Assembly: GCA_019310425.1 (NCBI GenBank)
Contig: JAFDEI010000003.1
Coordinates: 9,221 to 73,220 of the forward strand
Origin: Deltaproteobacteria bacterium
Lineage (GTDB): Bacteria > Myxococcota_A > UBA9160 > SMWR01
Direction: 5' to 3'
DNA: 64,000 nt
The stretch's first letter is position 1; every line of letters begins with the position of its first letter. This document shows positions 36,633-43,487 of this stretch, one piece after another. Under the pieces are notes generated by a model that did no database searches, was not told the origin of the DNA, and saw only the letters and a list, made by a program, of their open reading frames with translations. Position numbers and translations under genes: made by a program.

Positions 36633-38207
36633 TCAGGTGCCCTTGCGCAGCGTTTCAGTTCGCGGGATGAGCGCGGGGGGATCGCGATCGGGATGGAGGT
36701 CCCACACCCGGCGCCCGGCGAAGAAACTCACCAATGCATCATTCTGGTCGGGCAGCATGCTGCGCGCCCAGATCACCTGTGCACCGTCGATATCGGCCGC
36801 ATTCGCGACCCACTCCTCGTGGGGTGAATGGCCGTCGGCGTAGTGCGCGATCACCAGGTGACGGCCGGGCGTGCTCTCGAGCTCGGCCTGCATGCGCGCC
36901 CGCACAGTCGCCCACACGGGCGGCTCCTGCCGTGCGTAGAGAATGAATGCCACCGCGAAGATCAAGAGCTGTAGCCCCGCGAACCCCAGCACCAACGCAG
37001 GACCGAGTCGACGACCCCGCCAGTGGCATCGGTTCATCTGCCGCAGCCCCTGCACGACCAGCAGAAAGAGCACGGGTGCGAACGGCGCGAGGTAGTGCGG
37101 GTGGGTGCCCGATACCGTAAGCGATGCGACGAACCCCAGCAGTACGACCGCGGCCGCGAAGCGGTTGCGCCGGGAGCGCAGGATCCACGGCAGCGCAACG
37201 AGCGGCACCATCAGCAACGGGGTCACAAAGAAATAGAGATTGCCGCGCTTGCGCGCGAAAGACTCGAGCAGCGACTGCTGCGCCCAGTATCCCTCCGCCT
37301 GCCAGCCCAGATAGAAGTCCCGCATCACGTCATGCCGGTAATCGGGCGGCGGGCGCGGCTGTTGCCACAGGAAGATCGGCGTGTGGGAATACTGCGCGCT
37401 GTGAATCTGGTAGGGGAGTGTCAGCGGGTCACCGGTCACGCGCGCGTTGTAATACGCCATCGCGCCCGCAACAACGGCGAGTGAAAGCATCACCGGAACC
37501 GCGAAGCCACGCAGGTATTCCGAAAGCGACGGGCCCTTCGCGGAGAAAGCTCGCGCGAGTAGCGCAACCGCGACCGGGACACACGCGACGAGCCCGGAGA
37601 ACGGGCGGCTATTGGCGAGCAACGCGACCCCGGCGACGAGCACGAGAGCCGTGGCGGGCCGCGGACGACGCCAGAGACGAGGGAGCGCGCCATAGATCAA
37701 CGCACCGCCCAGCAGCGCAACCGAGCCGTTCCAGTAGTTCTGCCAGTCGAACTGCAATCCGTGGTGGCATGCGACGAGTAGCCCTCCGAGCAATGCGAAG
37801 CGGCCGGGCGCCCAGCCCTGCAGCATCCAGCAGATCGCGGCGGCCGCAAGCGCCGTGGTGCTCCAGACGCCCACGATCGGATGCCCACCGACGAGTCTTC
37901 CGAGCGCGAGGAACAGCCCCTGAGCGGGCGGGTACTTCGACGCGTAGCTGGGTTGTTGGAGTACGTGGAAGCTCTCGAAATGCTGCCACATCGGATGCGT
38001 GGGATTCGCAAGCCGCCCCTCGCCGAAGGTGTCGGCGGCGAGCAGGTAGCTGAATTCGTCGTGGAAGCGCGGAACCGGCACCCGCACGGACGTCACCGCG
38101 GCCGCAAACCCGAACGCAATCAACCCCACGAGTACGACCGCGCGACCGGATCGGGTCGACAGCCGCCTGGCCAGGCGCGATAACGGGCGCAGCGGCTCCG
38201 AACTCAT
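36633..38207 (-). CDS. GT-C-like polytopic glycosyltransferase candidate (PMT/ArnT-like)
   Basis: 524 aa from ATG 38207, which overlaps the GtrA stop (ATGA). There are many TM segments. The first-loop acidic motif FHDEFSYLLAADTF resembles the DE motif of GT-C enzymes. A soluble tail of ~90 aa follows. Confidence 0.6.
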   Translation of the reverse strand: MSSEPLRPLSRLARRLSTRSGRAVVLVGLIAFGFAAAVTSVRVPVPRFHDEFSYLLAADTFGEGRLANPTHPMWQHFESFHVLQQPSYASKYPPAQGLFLALGRLVGGHPIVGVWSTTALAAAAICWMLQGWAPGRFALLGGLLVACHHGLQFDWQNYWNGSVALLGGALIYGALPRLWRRPRPATALVLVAGVALLANSRPFSGLVACVPVAVALLARAFSAKGPSLSEYLRGFAVPVMLSLAVVAGAMAYYNARVTGDPLTLPYQIHSAQYSHTPIFLWQQPRPPPDYRHDVMRDFYLGWQAEGYWAQQSLLESFARKRGNLYFFVTPLLMVPLVALPWILRSRRNRFAAAVVLLGFVASLTVSGTHPHYLAPFAPVLFLLVVQGLRQMNRCHWRGRRLGPALVLGFAGLQLLIFAVAFILYARQEPPVWATVRARMQAELESTPGRHLVIAHYADGHSPHEEWVANAADIDGAQVIWARSMLPDQNDALVSFFAGRRVWDLHPDRDPPALIPRTETLRKGT

Positions 38208-38605
38208 CGGCGCGCACTCGCAAACAACCACGATCCATAGACGAAGTACTTCACGATCATCGAGAAACAGAGCGTCCCGCCTGCCGCAAACAGGTAGTAG
38301 GTGCCGCCGACATGACGCAGCAGCAGGAAGACGAGGAACTCCGAACCTCGGAATACGGCCGACGTCATCGCGAAGCCGGCCAGTTGCCTCGTCATCGCGA
38401 GGCCGCTGTCCGGAAAGACCCACCAACGCATGACAGCGAAGTTGAGCGCGAATACCGTGGCGAGACCGACCGCGAACGACACGTCCGGCGAGACGCCGGC
38501 CAGCTCGTGCAAGCCCGCGGTGATGCAGAGGTTCGTCGTGAAACTGATCGCGCCCAGCAGCACGAATCGAAGCGGCGCACCCGTTCGTTCCGAAGGAGGA
38601 TTCAT
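38204..38605 (-). CDS. GtrA family membrane protein (polyprenol-phosphate-sugar translocation-associated)
   Basis: 133 aa with 4 TM segments. The sequence is LRFVLLGAISFTTNLCITAGLHELAGVSPDVSFAVGLATVFALNFAVMRWWVF. The ATG overlaps the stop of the GT2 fragment (ATGA at 38602-38605). Confidence 0.75.
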   Translation of the reverse strand: MNPPSERTGAPLRFVLLGAISFTTNLCITAGLHELAGVSPDVSFAVGLATVFALNFAVMRWWVFPDSGLAMTRQLAGFAMTSAVFRGSEFLVFLLLRHVGGTYYLFAAGGTLCFSMIVKYFVYGSWLFASARR

Positions 38606-39379
38606 CGACTCCGCTTGTCGATCATGTCCGCCAACAGCGCAAACATGCCGAGCTGGGTCGAAGCGACCAGCAGCACCAGCGTCGCCTCGGTCAGGTCGCG
38701 GCGCACGCAGACGTCGAACGCGAGCGAGACGAGGAAGCCGCCGCCGAACAGCAGCGCGACGGGGAAGAACACCCGCAACGGAGCAAAGTACATTCCGGTG
38801 CGAAGGATCAGCTGCGCAATGCCGAGGGTATCGCGTACCGGGCGAATCTTGCTCTTTCCGACCCGCTTGTAATAGTCGACCGGCTCGTAGTGGACGGTGT
38901 AGCCGTTCGTCAGCATCGCGAGCGTGATCGTGGTCGTGAAGCTGAAGGTGTCAGGCAGGATGCGAATGAATCGAGCCACCGCATCACTGCGGAATACGCG
39001 CAGGCCACTGTTGATGTCCGGGATCTTGCGGTGCGCGAGCCACTCCGCGAAGTGCTTCAGGAACCACAATCACGATCAGCGGATGGCGCGCGTGACGGAT
39101 GCCGGTCTTGAGCGCCGCCCCGTAGCCGCGGTTGTTCGTGTGGGCGATCGTGCGAATTCCCGCCACGGACCGCAGCAGCTCAGCGGTGCGGTCCGTGGAA
39201 CCGTCGTCGACGACGATGATCTCACAGCTCTCGGACGCGAGGGCGGCCTGCAACGCGGTCAGCGCATCGAGGATGCCAGCCTCCTCGTTGTACGCCGGAA
39301 TCACGACAGAGAACGACTCGCGTTCTCCGGGCTGACGGTCTTCGGTAATTTGGGAGGTGCCACTCGCTGCTTCGGTCAT
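38602..39379 (-). pseudogene. Family 2 glycosyltransferase (Dpm1/GtrB-like polyprenol-phosphate sugar synthase), disrupted by an internal deletion plus frameshift
   Basis: The N-terminal piece (frame of ORF 38984-39442) reads FSVVIPAYNEEAGI...IIVVDDGSTDRT...NRGYGAALKTGIRHARHPLIVIV. The sequence then continues in another frame (ORF 38602-39069) as WFLKHFAEWLAHRKIPDINSGLRVF... plus C-terminal TM segments. The expected DAD (DXD) segment is absent. The 778-nt span is not a multiple of 3. Confidence 0.7.
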
Positions 39380-39519
39380 CCGTGCATTCTCGAACTCATG
39401 CGCCTCGTCCGCTCTGCGGCTGGAGCTTTCGCATCGTGGCATGGAACGCTTCGCGTTTCATGTGACGATGCACATGCAGACAGGGTGTCGGTTCGCGGGA
39501 TGGCCCGCAAGCCGCCCCC

Positions 39520-41400
39520 TCATGGGTCATCCGATCGGTCGGGCGACGACCCCGCTTCCAACCGGCGCGCTCGCAGCTGCTTCGCCACGCGCAAGTTCCG
39601 CTTCGCGAGCTGTGAATCCGAATCGAGTTCGACCACGCGCGACAACTGCTCGATGGCCTCGTCGAGATCACCGCGCTCGATCAGGGCCGAGGCCAGGTTC
39701 GTGCGGGCCGCGACGAGATCTGGTGCGATTTCGAGCGCAGTGCGGTGACGTGCAATCGCAGCATCGAGGTCGCCCACCGCAACCAGTGTGATGCCGAGAT
39801 TGGTCTGCGCCGCGGCGAAATCGGGATCGATCTCGAGCGCGTGCTCGAAGCTCCGAACAGCCTCGGCAAACTCGCCCTGGTCGTGACGGACCAGCCCGAG
39901 GCTGTTGTGGGCGAGCCCATAGCTGGGCTGAACCGCGAGCGATCGCTCGATCGCGACGGCGGCTTCGTCGAACTCGCCGCGGAGGCGCAGCGCATTGCCG
40001 AGGTTGTTGTGCGCCTCGTGCTGTCGGGGCTCGACCCGGAGTGACGCTCGGTAGTACTCGACCGCCTCATCGAGCTGCCCCCTATCCTCAGCAATCGTCC
40101 CGAGGTGGCTGAGGGCAAGCCAGGAATCCCGATTCTTCGCCAGGGTGTCACGCCAGAGGGTTTCGACGTCGCGGTAGACGTGGGCCTGGCGCCACGACAT
40201 ACCCGTCAGCAACGCGAGCACGAGGCCCGCACAGATGAGCTCCGGCCCAGTGCGCCCGCCGGCGCGTTGGCCGCCTTGCGGCCAGAGCCTCCGGGAGGCG
40301 GCGTTCGCGGCGAGGGCGGCGAACAAGGCGATGAGCCCGACGCTGGCGAGGTACTGGAAGTGGTCGGCGACGAAGGAATATCGCATCGGATAGACATCGA
40401 AGAACCCCAGCGCGGGAAACAGCGAGCCCGCGAAGACCAGCACCGCGACCAGCGGACCCCGCCCGAACCGCGCGCGCAGGGCCCATGCCGCGATCACGAC
40501 GGCCACCGCGGCGGCCGGATAGAGCCAGGCGACGAGGTCGCTGGAGTCGATCTCGAAGCGCGGGTAATTGAAGGAGAGCTGCGTCGGCCAGACGAGCTTG
40601 CCAGCGTAGAACCACAGGGCTCGACCCGCGATCAGGATCCGGTCCACGAACGAAAGATCCCACTCCCACCCGACCGCGCCGACGTGCTGCGTCTCGAGCC
40701 GCGCGGTCAGCAGGCCGAAACCGGCGGCCAACAAGAAATACGGGATCAGCGGCTGTACGTCGGACCAGCCGACGCGACCTCGCCGCCACCACACCAGCAA
40801 CAGGATCACCGCGGGCAGCGAGCCCGTGACGGTCTTGCTCAAGAGGGCGGCTGCGAAGCAGACCAGCGAGAATGCGTAGAGGCGCGTAGCCCCGTGTTCA
40901 TCCACGCCTCTGCGCCCGAGCCCCGCGGACTGTAGATAAGCGTACACGGAGGCCATGTAGAACACGCCCGAGAGCACATTCTTGCGCTCGGTGATCCACG
41001 CCACCGATTCGACGTGCACCGGGTGGACGGCGAAGATCGCTGCGGCAAACCAGGCGCCCGGCAGGCCGAGCGCAGCCAGCACGGCCCACAACAGCATCGC
41101 ACCGAAGCTGTGCAGCAGCACATTGACGGCGTGGAAGCCGGCCGGCTCGAGCCCCCACAGCTGGTACTCGAGCCAGTAGCTGGTGTGGACCATCGGGTAG
41201 TACTGAGGCGTCGCGCCGTAGTCGAGCCAGATCCGCCGCAAACCGTCCGACGTCCGCAGCGTCGGGTTCTCGGTCACGTAGTCGTCGTCGTCCCAGATGA
41301 AGCCCGCGTCGAGCGTCGGCCCGTAGGCAGCGAGCGTCAGCGCGACCAACAGCCCTGCCAGGAAGATCCGGTTGCTGGAGAGCGACTGCACAGCGATCAT
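39520..41400 (-). CDS. TMTC-like protein: N-terminal GT-C-type membrane domain fused to C-terminal TPR repeats
   Basis: ATG 41400 follows GAGGTGGA. The N-terminal motif FIWDDDDYVTENPTL...YYPMVHTSYWLEYQLWGLEPAGFHAVNVLLH and about 10 TM segments are followed by at least 6 TPR-like units (AHNNLGNALRLRGEFDEA, AHNSLGLVRHDQGEFAEA, and so on). Confidence 0.8.
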   Translation of the reverse strand: MIAVQSLSSNRIFLAGLLVALTLAAYGPTLDAGFIWDDDDYVTENPTLRTSDGLRRIWLDYGATPQYYPMVHTSYWLEYQLWGLEPAGFHAVNVLLHSFGAMLLWAVLAALGLPGAWFAAAIFAVHPVHVESVAWITERKNVLSGVFYMASVYAYLQSAGLGRRGVDEHGATRLYAFSLVCFAAALLSKTVTGSLPAVILLLVWWRRGRVGWSDVQPLIPYFLLAAGFGLLTARLETQHVGAVGWEWDLSFVDRILIAGRALWFYAGKLVWPTQLSFNYPRFEIDSSDLVAWLYPAAAVAVVIAAWALRARFGRGPLVAVLVFAGSLFPALGFFDVYPMRYSFVADHFQYLASVGLIALFAALAANAASRRLWPQGGQRAGGRTGPELICAGLVLALLTGMSWRQAHVYRDVETLWRDTLAKNRDSWLALSHLGTIAEDRGQLDEAVEYYRASLRVEPRQHEAHNNLGNALRLRGEFDEAAVAIERSLAVQPSYGLAHNSLGLVRHDQGEFAEAVRSFEHALEIDPDFAAAQTNLGITLVAVGDLDAAIARHRTALEIAPDLVAARTNLASALIERGDLDEAIEQLSRVVELDSDSQLAKRNLRVAKQLRARRLEAGSSPDRSDDP

Positions 41401-41779
41401 TCCACCTCGGCGGGGATGTCCATTCAGCGTCCCCGCCGCCGTGCTTTGCGGCGGAAGGGTTCGGCTCAGCAGGCTCCGGCCTTCTGGCGGCGAGGCCAGA
41501 AGCGATCCTTCCCGATAGCATGAACCGGATTCGCACGAATGCAAATCGCGAGGCGCGCGAGGCGCGGATGCGGATCACGAGCCGAGCGGGGGCTCTGGCC
41601 GCTGAGCGGCCAACGCGCAGGCGTGTGGAGAGGATCCAGCACTCCACGGCGCCCGACGGGTTGCAATGTCGGCCGAGTGTGTGCAGGGTTCCAGCGTCGA
41701 CGTGTTCGACAGCCGTTCGAGCAGCGTCGTCCGATGGGCGGCGAGCGGCGGCGAAGCTGGCCGCGGAGCGAGAAACGGA

Positions 41780-42753
41780 ATGCCCTTGTCGAAGATCGTC
41801 GACCCTGTGAGGACACTCTCGCGCAACCCCTCGAAACAGCTAACACTGGCGCTGGTCGTGCTGATCGCGCTGACATTGCTGGGCACGTTGGGGTACGTGC
41901 TGATCGAGGGCATGTCGCCGCTCGACGCCCTCTACATGACGGTCATCACGCTGTCGACGGTCGGCTACGCCGAACCAGTCCCACTTTCGGATGTCGGCCG
42001 CCTCTACACCATCGGCCTGATCGTGCTGGGGATCGGCACTGCGTTCTACGCCATCGGCGCACTGACCGCCTTCGTCATCGAAGGTCGATTACGAGAAATC
42101 CTGGAGAAGAGAAGCATGGAACGGACCATCGCCTCGCTGCGCAACCACGTGATCGTCTGCGGATTCGGTCGCTTCGGGAAATCAGTCTCCGAGCACCTCC
42201 GCCAGGCTTCCTTCTAGGCTCGGCGCTCGACGATGCAGTCCTGGCCCGGGCCGCGATCGATCGTGCGGCGGCGATCGTGGCCGCGATTCCGAGTGACTCC
42301 GACAACGTCTTCATCGCGCTCTCCGCGCGCGATGCAAACCCCGACATCGCGATCCACGCCCGGGCCGAGACCGACGCGGGCATCCGCCGGCTGCGGATGT
42401 CGGGGGCGAGCCAGATCATCGCGCCGCATCGCCTGGGCGGGCAGCGCATCGCGAACGCAATCGTGCGACCGGGCGTGGTCGAGTTTCTCGAACTCAGCGC
42501 ACCCGGCGACGGCGCCGCGGTCGACCTCGAAGAGGTCGTCCTCTCCACGGGCAGCCGCCTGATCGGCAAGGCGCTCGAGGACCTCCAACCCCTGGGGATG
42601 CCCCTTGCGGTGATCGCGATCAAGCGCGGAAGCGATAGCTTGAAGATCCGGCCGGCCGCGGACGAGGTGCTGCGCGAGGGAGATCGGGTGGTCGTCGTCG
42701 GCGATCACGACGTCCTCGGCCGCCTGGCCAAGATGGCGGCCGCGGAGAGCTGA
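41780..42753 (+). pseudogene. 2TM K+ channel with C-terminal RCK (TrkA-N/TrkA-C) domain, frame-disrupted inside the Rossmann fold
   Basis: Frame A runs from 41780 to the stop at 42215-42217. It contains TM1, the pore helix and filter LYMTVITLSTVGYAE, TM2, and HVIVCGFGRFGKSVSEHLRQASF*. A second frame continues ...FLLGSALDDAVLARAAIDRAAAIVAAIPSDSDNVFIALSARDANPDIAIHARAE...VVVVGDHDVLGRL to 42753. About 25 residues of the expected beta2-beta3 region are missing. Confidence 0.7.
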
Positions 42754-42878
42754 GAACGCAAGCGGCAGCAACGTCACCGCGGGAGCACTCAGCGAGCGGT
42801 AACCCCCTTTAATTCCTTACTTTTTCGGATTGCGGAAGTGGTAGGATAGCGGCTTCACTTTCCGAGGAACCGTCGATC

Positions 42879-43487
42879 ATGCACCGTCTGCGCTGGTATG
42901 TCCTGTTACGTCCCCGCTCGAGGCTGCTTTCCGTCGCCGTCGTTGCGGCGCTGTTATGTGCGACGCCTGCGATCGCCACGCAGGTCTATCACAGCCCCAA
43001 CGATGACGGTCAACCCGCGGCCGGACCGCCGTCGCTACCCGAGGGCGGCGTGCAGCCCGTGTATCTCTACATCGATGGGGGCGCGTCGGCGTCTGCGGGC
43101 GGCACGGCCTGCAGCTCTGGAACCGGAAGCGAGGTCTGTGGTTACACGCTGACGCTGACCGGATTGGTGGGTTTGACACTCACGGCATTCACGCCAGACG
43201 TCGGCGCCGACCTGCTGTACGACAGTAATACGGTCGAGTTGATCATCAACGGACTGGACACCGCGGCGCCGACGCCGGGACCGAAGCGCATCGGCGAGCT
43301 ATCGGTGAACGCTGTGGCGGGCGGGTCCCTCGAACTCACCAGCGGCGAAGTCATCGGGGCGGATCTGTCGAGCGAGATCCTGTCGAGTGGCGAAATCGTC
43401 GCGGTGCCGGAGCCGGGAGTCCTGCTGCAGCTCGCGTGTGGAGCTGCGTTGCTCGGTTGCCTGGGTCACCGGAGGGCGCGCTCATGA
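42879..43487 (+). CDS. PEP-CTERM sorting-domain secreted protein
   Basis: The signal is LLSVAVVAALLCATPAIA. The C-terminus is VAVPEPGVLLQLACGAALLGCLGHRRARS. The stop overlaps the downstream start (ATGA at 43484-43487). Confidence 0.75.
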   Translation: MHRLRWYVLLRPRSRLLSVAVVAALLCATPAIATQVYHSPNDDGQPAAGPPSLPEGGVQPVYLYIDGGASASAGGTACSSGTGSEVCGYTLTLTGLVGLTLTAFTPDVGADLLYDSNTVELIINGLDTAAPTPGPKRIGELSVNAVAGGSLELTSGEVIGADLSSEILSSGEIVAVPEPGVLLQLACGAALLGCLGHRRARS

